From a virus, in IMG/VR virus record IMGVR_UViG_3300035682_001186, positions 45,271-109,270 of that record: a DNA stretch of 64,000 nt; one strand, 5' to 3'. A program made the position numbers and the translations under genes. Below are positions 1 to 8,385 of this stretch, in pieces. Every line of letters begins with the position of its first letter. Position 1 is the first letter of the stretch. The notes beneath the pieces were generated by a model that worked only from the letters and a program-made list of their open reading frames with translations, searched no databases and was not told the DNA's origin.

Positions 1-897
1 AGTTGTTCCAGTACTACTAGTAGACCATGATGTTGCACCATTGTTACTAGTGATTTGAATTCCATTATCGCCAGCTGATACCAATGTAGGTATAGTTGAT
101 ACAGTTGCCAACGTAATTGTATTAAGATTTTCAACAGTTCCACTAATTGATGATGTCCATGTTATACCATCAGAACTGACAATTACTGTACCATTATTTC
201 CAGTTGCAATATAATTGTCACCATCAAATACCACGCTATTTAAATTATCAACAACTCCACCATCTTGGATAATCCAATCTATTGCGTCTTCACTTAATAA
301 TATTGTACCAGCATTACCAACTACAACATATATACCATTGTCTACATCATAAGCAATACCACGTAAATTTTCTAATACTCCAGTAGCCTGTAAAGTCCAA
401 GTAATAGCATTTAAACTAGTTAATATTGTTCCATTTTCACCAACCGCAACATATAATCCAGTAATATCAGTATAATATACTCGTAATAAATTTTCTGTTG
501 TTCCGCTTGTTTGTACTGTCCATGTAGTGGCAATATTACTACTTGTGATAATAGTACCATTATCTCCAACTGCAATAAATCCTAATGGTGTTGGAGTTAC
601 TGAATTTATTGGTTGATTAACTGGACTAGTTTGATTACTGTAATTTATTCCATCTGTACTGTAAAAATATCGTAATGGTGTACCAAATATTACCCATGTA
701 CCGCTATTATAAGCAATTGTATCTAGATTATTTGTGGCCGCAAATTGAACTGCGCCTGGTGGTGGAGCCGCAGTTCCACCGGATCCTAAACTATATAGTT
801 GAGTAAAGTTTTCATTAATCTTTTCAAACGCAAGTCTTAGAGGATCGCCATTACCATCGTTTGACGAAGCTCCAATGTTAATAATTTGTTGTGCCAT
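1..897 (-). CDS. Baseplate/tail-fibre-associated protein with T4 gp9/gp10-like N-terminus and beta-propeller repeats (runs off the window edge)
   Basis: Not in ORF track; manual translation from ATG 897 gives MAQQIINIGASSNDGNGDPLRLAFEKINENFTQLY (gp9/gp10-type DGxGDxLR..F.KIN.NF motif), then repeated WTxQxxG...VG.NGTI units; late-promoter motif at 918-925. Confidence 0.75.
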   Translation of the reverse strand, partial: MAQQIINIGASSNDGNGDPLRLAFEKINENFTQLYSLGSGGTAAPPPGAVQFAATNNLDTIAYNSGTWVIFGTPLRYFYSTDGINYSNQTSPVNQPINSVTPTPLGFIAVGDNGTIITSSNIATTWTVQTSGTTENLLRVYYTDITGLYVAVGENGTILTSLNAITWTLQATGVLENLRGIAYDVDNGIYVVVGNAGTILLSEDAIDWIIQDGGVVDNLNSVVFDGDNYIATGNNGTVIVSSDGITWTSSISGTVENLNTITLATVSTIPTLVSAGDNGIQITSNNGATSWSTSSTGTT

Positions 898-917
898 GCT
901 TTATCCAGTTATAGTAA

Positions 918-925
918 TATTTATC
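918..925 (-). promoter_or_regulatory. T4-type late promoter GATAAATA
   Basis: tatttatc on + strand, 20 nt upstream of ATG 897; gp55 encoded in window. Confidence 0.65.
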
Positions 926-986
926 GTATTATATTTAAATTAATCGTCAAAACTAGGGTCCCATGACTTATAACATAAATATTATA

Positions 987-1304
987 ATGCTAAAACAACA
1001 ATCTATCAGACCCATGTGTAAAGAATGTAATAAATTACCATCAAGACCAAATGGTCGTAGTGTAAGTGGATATCAGCGATGGCATACTTTATGCAATCAT
1101 TGTGCAAAATTAAAATATACCAAAAAGAAAAAAGATTCAAAGTGCAATATATGTAACTTTGAATCAATTGATAGTTGTCAATTATGTTTGATTAATGGAG
1201 AAACTATCTGCCAAAATTGTAACGCCCTCAGATTGAAAAATATCAAAAAGAGGGCGGAATTAACAGTGGATGCCACCATTGATTGGAGTAATATCAGATT
1301 GTAA
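987..1304 (+). CDS. Cys-rich Zn-finger protein resembling a degenerate HNH endonuclease
   Basis: Four CxxC pairs (CKEC, CNHC, CNIC, CQNC); HNH catalytic segment absent; start placed at ATG 987, 5 nt after CATAAATA. Confidence 0.6.
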   Translation: MLKQQSIRPMCKECNKLPSRPNGRSVSGYQRWHTLCNHCAKLKYTKKKKDSKCNICNFESIDSCQLCLINGETICQNCNALRLKNIKKRAELTVDATIDWSNIRL

Positions 1305-2768
1305 TTAGTCTAAATCAACAACCCAACCACCAGTTTTAGAATCAAAATTAGCCATTAACGTATTACCAGATGCAAATGGAGATGAAACTTTCATAACCGG
1401 ACGTCCATAATTATCTAATGTAATGCTACCAGCTTGAACTGTCTTCATACCTAACTGTTGACCAGTTCCACTATTGATAAAGTTAACTTCAATCTCACCA
1501 TTACCATAAGTTTCATTCATTTGTTTACTTTCATATTCAGGTTTACGAATATCTTTTGTTGGATAATCAATATCATCATTACGTGACTGATGATCATCAG
1601 GATCATAATCTTGATAACCTCTACCACGACGACCTTGTTCACCCTTACGCATTGAATGATCAGTATAACTAGAATTTCTAGCTCTAGGTGTCTTTTTATC
1701 TGTTGGTGCACCTTGTTGTATTTTTCCACCACGTGCTAAGAAATCTTCTACATCACCTTCATTAAGACCAATATATGTCATAAACTTTCTACTATTAAAA
1801 CGTGAATTATTACTTTCAAAAATCTTACAGTGACGCTTAGCTAAAATCTTACGATTATTTTCAGGTAATGTTTTGAGAATATCAGCTACTTGACGAAATT
1901 TGTTAAGTCTAACACCTTCTGCCAATGCACCTTTCTTCAAATGAGCAATAAAAGATTTTAATGTTCCTTCTGGATTACTAGTCTTATATTTCTTGTAGTT
2001 TTTTGCAAAATTAGGATGTTTTGGATCCCATTTATCATATCCTTCATCACTGTCACTGACAGATTTTTCACGAGTAGAAGAATTCCCTTCACCAGACTCT
2101 GACAATTTATCTTTACAATCAGCTACCATTTGTTTTAATTCGGCACGATCACAATCAGGATGCATTTTACAAATTTCTGCTACAGTTTTTCCATCTTTAC
2201 ACATTTTTTTAATATGTGCCATTGATGGTAATTTTCCAGTTTTAGATTTTACTGATTCAAATTGATTGCTACGTGTATTACTATCAGATTCTTCATCGTC
2301 TACACCGTTAATATTGTCCCAGTATTCTTCTGCTTCTTCTGAGCTCAGAAAAATCGCCCCGTTGCGTCGCATCGCATTTGCAACAAAATCATCTTTCTCC
2401 ATAGACATTGCTTGATTTATAAGCCAACGCTTCATAGCGCCTTCATCTAAAGTTTGTGAATTATCGTCTTCCATATTTTTATATTCAAACATGACATAAT
2501 CAGCAAAAATCTTTTCTACAGTTATACCATTTTCTCCACTAAAGAACATACCAGCTGGACCACCATCTGTAATTCCAAGTTTATCTTGAATATATGCGGC
2601 AGCGGCATCAAGTGCTTCTTCAGCTAAACTTTCTGGATCTTGATGAGTATCTTCTACATCTTCAGATACTTTCTCTTCAATACTTTCATTTAAATTAATT
2701 TTTTTACCTTGATCTACTGACTCAATTAAATCTAGCATTGATCTCATACGTGTTTGATTGTCTAACAT
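1305..2768 (-). CDS. Putative head-internal modular protein (487 aa)
   Basis: Late promoter (2791-2798) and AGGA SD; downstream of capsid gene; many LxE motifs; N-terminus duplicated in 2813..3142. Confidence 0.6.
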   Translation of the reverse strand: MLDNQTRMRSMLDLIESVDQGKKINLNESIEEKVSEDVEDTHQDPESLAEEALDAAAAYIQDKLGITDGGPAGMFFSGENGITVEKIFADYVMFEYKNMEDDNSQTLDEGAMKRWLINQAMSMEKDDFVANAMRRNGAIFLSSEEAEEYWDNINGVDDEESDSNTRSNQFESVKSKTGKLPSMAHIKKMCKDGKTVAEICKMHPDCDRAELKQMVADCKDKLSESGEGNSSTREKSVSDSDEGYDKWDPKHPNFAKNYKKYKTSNPEGTLKSFIAHLKKGALAEGVRLNKFRQVADILKTLPENNRKILAKRHCKIFESNNSRFNSRKFMTYIGLNEGDVEDFLARGGKIQQGAPTDKKTPRARNSSYTDHSMRKGEQGRRGRGYQDYDPDDHQSRNDDIDYPTKDIRKPEYESKQMNETYGNGEIEVNFINSGTGQQLGMKTVQAGSITLDNYGRPVMKVSSPFASGNTLMANFDSKTGGWVVDLD

Positions 2769-2790
2769 GTTAGTATCCTATATTATACTG

Positions 2791-2798
2791 TATTTATC
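2791..2798 (-). promoter_or_regulatory. Late promoter GATAAATA
   Basis: tatttatc upstream of ATG 2768. Confidence 0.65.
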
Positions 2799-2812
2799 TT
2801 TTTTAATAATAT

Positions 2813-3142
2813 TTAAAAATCGTCATTAGGTGGTGCATCACCATTATGTTGAGCATCAACTTGATGTTCAATATACTCAACAAAAATGTCAAGTACTGTT
2901 TCAGCATTTTCGTCACGAAAATATTCATAAGCAATTTCTTCATCTTCTTCAGATACTTCTAATGCATCTTGAATGTATCTTACTGCTGCACTAAGTGCTT
3001 CTTGTGCAAGTTGACGAGGATCAGAACCACTATCTTCAGATAATTCTTCACCAATACTTTCATTTAATTTGAGTTTTTTACCTTGATCTACTGATTCAAT
3101 TAAATTTAACATTGCTCTCATACGTGTTTGATTGTCTAACAT
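2813..3142 (-). CDS. Acidic paralog of the N-terminal part of 1305..2768 (putative head-internal protein)
   Basis: MLDNQTRMRAMLNLIESVDQGKK nearly identical to neighbour; shared DP..LA.EAL.AA..YIQD.L module. Confidence 0.7.
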   Translation of the reverse strand: MLDNQTRMRAMLNLIESVDQGKKLKLNESIGEELSEDSGSDPRQLAQEALSAAVRYIQDALEVSEEDEEIAYEYFRDENAETVLDIFVEYIEHQVDAQHNGDAPPNDDF

Positions 3143-3164
3143 AGTAGTATCCTATAATATATAA

Positions 3165-3172
3165 TATTTATC
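3165..3172 (-). promoter_or_regulatory. Late promoter GATAAATA
   Basis: tatttatc upstream of ATG 3142. Confidence 0.65.
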
Positions 3173-3189
3173 TTGATTGATCATATTTG

Positions 3190-3218
3190 TTGACATTTAA
3201 TGAATGACAGTGTATAGT
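3190..3218 (+). promoter_or_regulatory. Sigma70-type promoter upstream of HNH gene
   Basis: TTGACA-N17-TATAGT. Confidence 0.55.
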
Positions 3219-3265
3219 TAAAGATTGAAAAGTAATATTAGTAACAGCGAAAGATAAATAAACAT

Positions 3266-4054
3266 ATGAACCAATTTAACAATACAAAATATACACGATG
3301 GTACTATGGTATCATCCAAAAACGAGCCATTTTAGATAAAGATTCTCGTGGTGAAATACATCATATTATCCCACGTAGTATGGGTGGCAATGATTCACCT
3401 GAAAATCTTGTCAAATTAACTGGACATGATCACGCTTGGTGTCATTGGCTCTTGACTAAAATGACTACTGGATCAGCCAAAGTATCAATGATATATGCCT
3501 TTAATATGATGGGTGTCTCTGGAGAACATATGGAACGTCAGTCATCATATGCTATTGTCAGAGCGTATGAGAAGAACAGAATAGAGTGGAGTAAGAATCA
3601 TAGTGAAACTATGAGTGAACAATTTATAAATGGTCGAGAAATTTGGAACAAAGGTCGTAAAGAAGATCGTCCTGAAGTTTTAGCCAGAGTAAAAGAAGCG
3701 GCTCAGAATAGACCAAAATTAACAGATGAAAAATTAAAAGAAAAAGTAAGAAAGTCAGTTGACACAATGAAGAAAAATGGTACGGATAAACGATCTCAAG
3801 AAACAAGAGATAAGCAACGAGATTCTATGATAGGGTTAGTTCGTGGGCCGATGAATGACGTTCATAAGAATAAGATTGCCATATCTTGTCGTAAGCCTAA
3901 ATCAGAAGGACATGGTGACGCTGTTGCTGCGGCTAATCTAGGTGTTGTTAGTATTAATAGAAACGATGTCGAGAAAAAAGTCAAACAAGATACACTTCAA
4001 TCTTGGATAGAACAAGGATGGCAACTTGGTGGTAGACCACGTAAGAAAAAATAG
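3266..4054 (+). CDS. Free-standing HNH homing endonuclease
   Basis: EIHHIIPRSMGGNDSPENLVKLTGHDHAWCHWLL HNH motif; basic NUMOD3-like C-terminal region; antisense to the head operon. Confidence 0.9.
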   Translation: MNQFNNTKYTRWYYGIIQKRAILDKDSRGEIHHIIPRSMGGNDSPENLVKLTGHDHAWCHWLLTKMTTGSAKVSMIYAFNMMGVSGEHMERQSSYAIVRAYEKNRIEWSKNHSETMSEQFINGREIWNKGRKEDRPEVLARVKEAAQNRPKLTDEKLKEKVRKSVDTMKKNGTDKRSQETRDKQRDSMIGLVRGPMNDVHKNKIAISCRKPKSEGHGDAVAAANLGVVSINRNDVEKKVKQDTLQSWIEQGWQLGGRPRKKK

Positions 4055-4057
4055 ACA

Positions 4058-4086
4058 ACAAAAAACCCGCCGAAGCGGGTTTTTGT
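4058..4086. terminator. Bidirectional rho-independent terminator between HNH and major capsid genes
   Basis: aaaaacccgc-cgaa-gcgggttttt; UUCG loop on minus strand. Confidence 0.9.
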
Positions 4087-4125
4087 TTTACTATATTCAA
4101 AAAGTTCTTGAATAGTGGTAAAATA

Positions 4126-5322
4126 TCACTGAAACGATATATTAGTTACCGCGATCTCACCAACGTAGTCAGCAGCATTACCAAAGCTGGATGCTGTGTT
4201 TGTCAATTCCACGTAGCCGTATCTCGTCATAAACGAAACGACTGGTTCGAATGTTGACGGATCTAGAACAACACCACTGCTCATCAACGGAATGTATGGG
4301 CAATAGAATGCAGCTGCGTCTGTTTCTGAAGAACCCTTATAACCAACTAGAACTGGTGTTCCACTTGGAGCATATGAGTCAACGAAAACGCGCATTGCGT
4401 TGTTCAATGTACCGACTAATTTTGTATTAGTAGGTGCTTCGAATGTACCTTCTGTAGTACGGGCAAAAGCTGATGTTGTAGCAGACTGAAGAACAGTCAG
4501 CATTTCTGAAGAAACAACACACCAGTTACCAGCGCCACGACGAGTACGTTGGGCGATTAGGTTAGCAACACGGTTAATTAGAACAGCTAAAGCAGCGTGT
4601 TCGTCACCAACGTATGTAGCGGTACCAGAAACGGTAGCTTGGTTATATGTAAACTCAGTAGCAGCCAATTGACGTAATGAAAGAAGAATTTCTTGGTCGA
4701 TTTCAGCAGTAATTTCTTGTGCTAAAGCGGCCATGATTTCGGCTTCAACGTCGATACCATGCATTGATTGTGCGTCTTGTGCAGCTTCGAATGTCCAACG
4801 AGCTTGTAACTTACGGCTCTTGGCTTCGACAGCTTGACGTAGAATCTGTACAGAGATTGCTTTTCCGCCGTTACCTTCAAGAGTAGCGGTTGGAGCTGCG
4901 GTATAACTGTTTGCTGTATTATCGCTAGACTTTGTACGTGAATACGCTTGAGCGATCAAGAATGGTGATAGAGCTTCGTCACCAGCCACAACCGAAGTTT
5001 GAGCTGCTGAATTGTCTGTCAAGTTTTGAGCATAGCGAACACGTAGTGTATGAATCTGTCCAACTGGACCAGTCATTGGTTGAACACCAATTAACTCGTT
5101 AGCGATAACAGTAGGCATAACACGGCGAATAACTGGAAGAATGACACGATTTAGTGTGGCAATATTACCAGCGGTTGTAGTTCCAGCATTACTTTCAGAA
5201 AGTAGTTGCTTTTTGGTGTTTTCTAAAATAACACCCATTGATGAGCGGCGGACGCCTTTGAGACCTTCAAGGAGGGCTTCTTTGGTTTCATTCCAGCGGC
5301 TCTCTAATAGTACTTTTGACAT
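4126..5322 (-). CDS. gp23: Major capsid protein (T4 gp23-like)
   Basis: LIGVQPMTGPVGQI, VEAKSRKLQARWTFEAAQD..HGIDVEAE, FYCPYIPL, SFMTRYG; AGGAG SD. Confidence 0.97.
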   Translation of the reverse strand: MSKVLLESRWNETKEALLEGLKGVRRSSMGVILENTKKQLLSESNAGTTTAGNIATLNRVILPVIRRVMPTVIANELIGVQPMTGPVGQIHTLRVRYAQNLTDNSAAQTSVVAGDEALSPFLIAQAYSRTKSSDNTANSYTAAPTATLEGNGGKAISVQILRQAVEAKSRKLQARWTFEAAQDAQSMHGIDVEAEIMAALAQEITAEIDQEILLSLRQLAATEFTYNQATVSGTATYVGDEHAALAVLINRVANLIAQRTRRGAGNWCVVSSEMLTVLQSATTSAFARTTEGTFEAPTNTKLVGTLNNAMRVFVDSYAPSGTPVLVGYKGSSETDAAAFYCPYIPLMSSGVVLDPSTFEPVVSFMTRYGYVELTNTASSFGNAADYVGEIAVTNISFQ

Positions 5323-5351
5323 TTAATTATCTCCTGTTAATAGTATGTCGA

Positions 5352-6455
5352 TTAAAGCCCTGCCAGACGCTTGATATCAATCACGTTATCACGTTCTTGG
5401 GTCTCAACTTCTGTTTTCTTGGCAGATTTATCACCAGTAATTGCTACACTTTCAGAGATCATTTGTTTTTTAGCAACTGGTCTTTGTTCTGTTAATGTAT
5501 TCAATACTGCTGGTAGATACTTGTCGAATGCGCCTTTCAATTTTGGTGTTTGGACGCTTTCTAGTAAGTTCTTCATTACATGGGCTTTGTCTTCATTTAG
5601 TGTTCCGAGTAATTCACTCATAGTACGTTCACGAAGGTTACTTTCTTTAATAATGCGAACTTCACGGTTTTTACTTTCTACTAAACGTTGTGATTGTTTA
5701 GCAGTTTCGATAGATTCAGCTAATTGTTGATCTTTTTGATCTAAGATTGCTAGAAGTTTACGTGTCTCTGCTTTTTCGTTCAAGTGTGTTGAACTAAATT
5801 CAGCGGCAAATGCTTCAAACAAACGACGACCAAATGTGTTTTCATTTGCACTTTGGATGTCTTCTTTCAATTGACTGATTTCGCCTTTTAAATGTGTACT
5901 GATTGCTGAACTAACTTTTCTTGCACTTTCAGCTACAAATTTAGCTTTAAGTGAATCAAGTTGGTGTTTAGCTTCTGCAACTAATTTGACCTTGGCTTCT
6001 ACTACAGCACGTTTGTCAGTTTCAAATTCGCCAATTTCACGGGCTAGAGCATTTACTACGAATTGTTCTAGTTTACCACGGGCTTCCATTTGAACTTTAC
6101 GATCATTACGTAATTCTTTGATTTCTTCGGCTAGTTTAGTAACCATAAATTCATTGAATTTTTGTACATTTTCACGTAATTTAACTTGTGCTTTGACACG
6201 ATCTTCATTCATTGCTTGTCTTTCTGTTTGAAATTCTGTAATTTCACCAGTTAGACCTTCAGTAACCATCTTATCAAGGGCTTCTACCATTACGTTCTTG
6301 TCATGCTCATATTTCTGTGCGAATTCCTCTCGGAGTTCTGAACGAACTTGTTCGCGAGCTTCGTTTAATTTTACTTCCCATGCCTCATTAATGGCTTGGG
6401 CTGTATCTTCAGTAACGATTCCGCTTTCAAGTAATGGTTTGATGGCATCAAACAT
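5352..6455 (-). CDS. gp22: Prohead scaffold protein (gp22-like)
   Basis: Coiled-coil, many LxE sites, lies between protease and capsid genes as in T4. Confidence 0.85.
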   Translation of the reverse strand: MFDAIKPLLESGIVTEDTAQAINEAWEVKLNEAREQVRSELREEFAQKYEHDKNVMVEALDKMVTEGLTGEITEFQTERQAMNEDRVKAQVKLRENVQKFNEFMVTKLAEEIKELRNDRKVQMEARGKLEQFVVNALAREIGEFETDKRAVVEAKVKLVAEAKHQLDSLKAKFVAESARKVSSAISTHLKGEISQLKEDIQSANENTFGRRLFEAFAAEFSSTHLNEKAETRKLLAILDQKDQQLAESIETAKQSQRLVESKNREVRIIKESNLRERTMSELLGTLNEDKAHVMKNLLESVQTPKLKGAFDKYLPAVLNTLTEQRPVAKKQMISESVAITGDKSAKKTEVETQERDNVIDIKRLAGL

Positions 6456-6467
6456 TGATATCCCCTT

Positions 6468-7109
6468 TTATAATTTCAATTCCTTGATAAGACGAACTAC
6501 TTCATCTTTCAAGAATTTTTGAACTCTAGCATCCTTGTCCAAATTTGTACCTTTTAAGTTTTCTAAAACACGATGGCCATTTTTCATGTTCATCAATGAT
6601 TCATAAATTGCTTTTGGGTATGCATTTGGAGCACTGGGTTGTGCCACGATGTCCACAGTAACTATTTCAAAGTCACTGACTTTGCCTGTAGCTTCATCAA
6701 CGTTACCGCTGCCTCTACTACTAACGCCGAGTTTGACTCCATTCTCCAACATGGTGGCAGCTAACTGTCCCATGGGAGTTGGAATAATTTTTAATTTACC
6801 GAAACCATTAGCGCCATCCATCCACATTTCTGTAATGATATGACTAACTCTATCTAAATTGATTTTTAAATCATCTGGGTGATCGATTTCACCCAATACT
6901 GAGTTACCGCTTCGGATTTGTTCGTTTAAGGTTACTACGGCTTGTTCAATTTCAGGAACGGGGTAAACACGCTCATTTGCGTTCTTCACCCCACCCTGGA
7001 TAAAAATTCCTCTCATATAAAGAGATTTTTTATCACCTTCTTCCTTAACTGATTCGACTATGAGGTTCGCTCTGTCGAATGTTAAGTTCTCTCTAAGATA
7101 CAAAGCCAT
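6468..7109 (-). CDS. gp21: Prohead protease (gp21-like)
   Basis: GIFIQ..KNANERVY, LGEIDHP, INLDRVSH, LGVSSRGSG, DIVAQPSAPNAY. Confidence 0.95.
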   Translation of the reverse strand: MALYLRENLTFDRANLIVESVKEEGDKKSLYMRGIFIQGGVKNANERVYPVPEIEQAVVTLNEQIRSGNSVLGEIDHPDDLKINLDRVSHIITEMWMDGANGFGKLKIIPTPMGQLAATMLENGVKLGVSSRGSGNVDEATGKVSDFEIVTVDIVAQPSAPNAYPKAIYESLMNMKNGHRVLENLKGTNLDKDARVQKFLKDEVVRLIKELKL

Positions 7110-7123
7110 TTATACCTTATCCT

Positions 7124-7951
7124 TTAAATTCTACGCTTGGTAGTGCGACGGCTTTCTGGAACCGCACTGCGCTCATTTGTACCACTAGCCTGTGTTTTAG
7201 TTGGCTTAGGAGCACTTTCACCTTTACCTGAACCGTTGCTAGCATCGCCACCAACTTTGTTCTTGAATGATCCAGCACCTTTAACTTCTGTTTCGCCTTT
7301 AGCGCCATAATTTGTTGGCTTCTTTGGGCTAGTAGGAACTGATTCTGAACTACCACTAAAATTAACTGGCTTTGATGCCATACCTTTTTGACCACTGTTA
7401 GCATCTACTGTACTTTTCTTTGATGAACCATCGGCGCCGTCAGTGTGTGTTACTGAAACCTTTTTTAATTCAACGGCTTCCATAACGTCACTTTCTTGGT
7501 CGTCTTTATCATCCATTTGACTACCAAATTCTTCTTCGTCACCACCGAATTCTTGTTCAAATTCAGCCATTAATTGGTCAAGTTTGTCTTCAAGATCAAC
7601 AACACGATCTTCAAGTTCTTCTTCTTCGTATTCTTCACCTTCTTCATCACCGTCTAGTTCAACTTCATCGTCAAACTCATCTTCTTCACCATCAGTATCA
7701 TAGTCGCCGTCCATTTCTTCATTATCCATGAATTCATCGTCGTCTTCCATCATTCCTTCCATTCCAATTTCTTCACTACCCATTTCATCAGAAACTTCGT
7801 CCATCATACCTGTTACTTCATCTTCACTAATTAATGATTCATAAATATCACGAGATTTTTCAACTACAATCTCATGAAATAATTGTTCTGCTCTTTCATT
7901 GTCTTCATTGATAATAAGATCAATAAGTTTTTCAAATTTTGCTGTAGACAT
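7124..7951 (-). CDS. Highly acidic prohead core protein (gp67-like position)
   Basis: D/E-rich centre, basic C-terminus, between portal and protease; GCTAAATA at 7986-7993 and AGGAG SD. Confidence 0.6.
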   Translation of the reverse strand: MSTAKFEKLIDLIINEDNERAEQLFHEIVVEKSRDIYESLISEDEVTGMMDEVSDEMGSEEIGMEGMMEDDDEFMDNEEMDGDYDTDGEEDEFDDEVELDGDEEGEEYEEEELEDRVVDLEDKLDQLMAEFEQEFGGDEEEFGSQMDDKDDQESDVMEAVELKKVSVTHTDGADGSSKKSTVDANSGQKGMASKPVNFSGSSESVPTSPKKPTNYGAKGETEVKGAGSFKNKVGGDASNGSGKGESAPKPTKTQASGTNERSAVPESRRTTKRRI

Positions 7952-8058
7952 TTAAAATCTCCTTATGTAAATGGCTTTGTATTAATATTTAGCGAATAGC
8001 CAAAAAAATAGCGTAATATGTACGCATTTTATGGGTTTTTTAAATATATAGTATAAAT

Positions 8059-8283
8059 TTACAAACCGCCGCTCTCGGCTGGTGGGGCACCATATTGTTT
8101 TCTGATGTTTTTTAAATCAATCGCTCGTTCATAACTTTGAACTTCGTTCATTTTACGAATCTTGGATATCATACCAAGTGTTAATTTGGTTTTGCGTGAC
8201 TCACCCCATTCTGGTTGAGATTTATCATCTTCAACATCTTGATATCCTTGAGGTGCATGTGAGTAAAATTCAAATAGCATCAT
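8059..8283 (-). CDS. Small head-module protein
   Basis: AGGA SD and late promoter at 8305-8312; N-terminal MMLFE. Confidence 0.65.
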   Translation of the reverse strand: MMLFEFYSHAPQGYQDVEDDKSQPEWGESRKTKLTLGMISKIRKMNEVQSYERAIDLKNIRKQYGAPPAESGGL

Positions 8284-8304
8284 GTTAATTAAAGTCCTTT
8301 ATGT

Positions 8305-8326
8305 TATTTATCAAATTTGATAAATA
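8305..8326. promoter_or_regulatory. Back-to-back divergent late promoters forming a perfect 22-bp palindrome
   Basis: TATTTATCAAATTTGATAAATA = GATAAATA on each strand. Confidence 0.75.
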
Positions 8327-8385
8327 CTATTGTAGTTCGCGGTGATCAGACCCAACTACTCTAATGCTTATTAGGAGCAATCAGC

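Larger units (their letters stand above)
2678..3172. repeat. Direct duplication of gene 5' end, RBS and promoter (about 2678-2798 vs 3052-3172)
   Basis: Near-identical DNA ...ttaccttgatctactga.tcaattaaat...ctcatacgtgtttgattgtctaacat..tagtatcctata in both copies. Confidence 0.85.

Noticed and set aside
5141-6843. Plus-strand ORFs (5141, 5371, 6298, 6649) inside head genes
   Set aside because: Antisense shadows of well-supported gp23/gp22/gp21 genes; no RBS or motifs
1517-7404. Same-strand alternative-frame ORFs 1517..1732 and 7117..7404
   Set aside because: Nested in longer ORFs; V/L/I/Q-biased composition typical of off-frame reads
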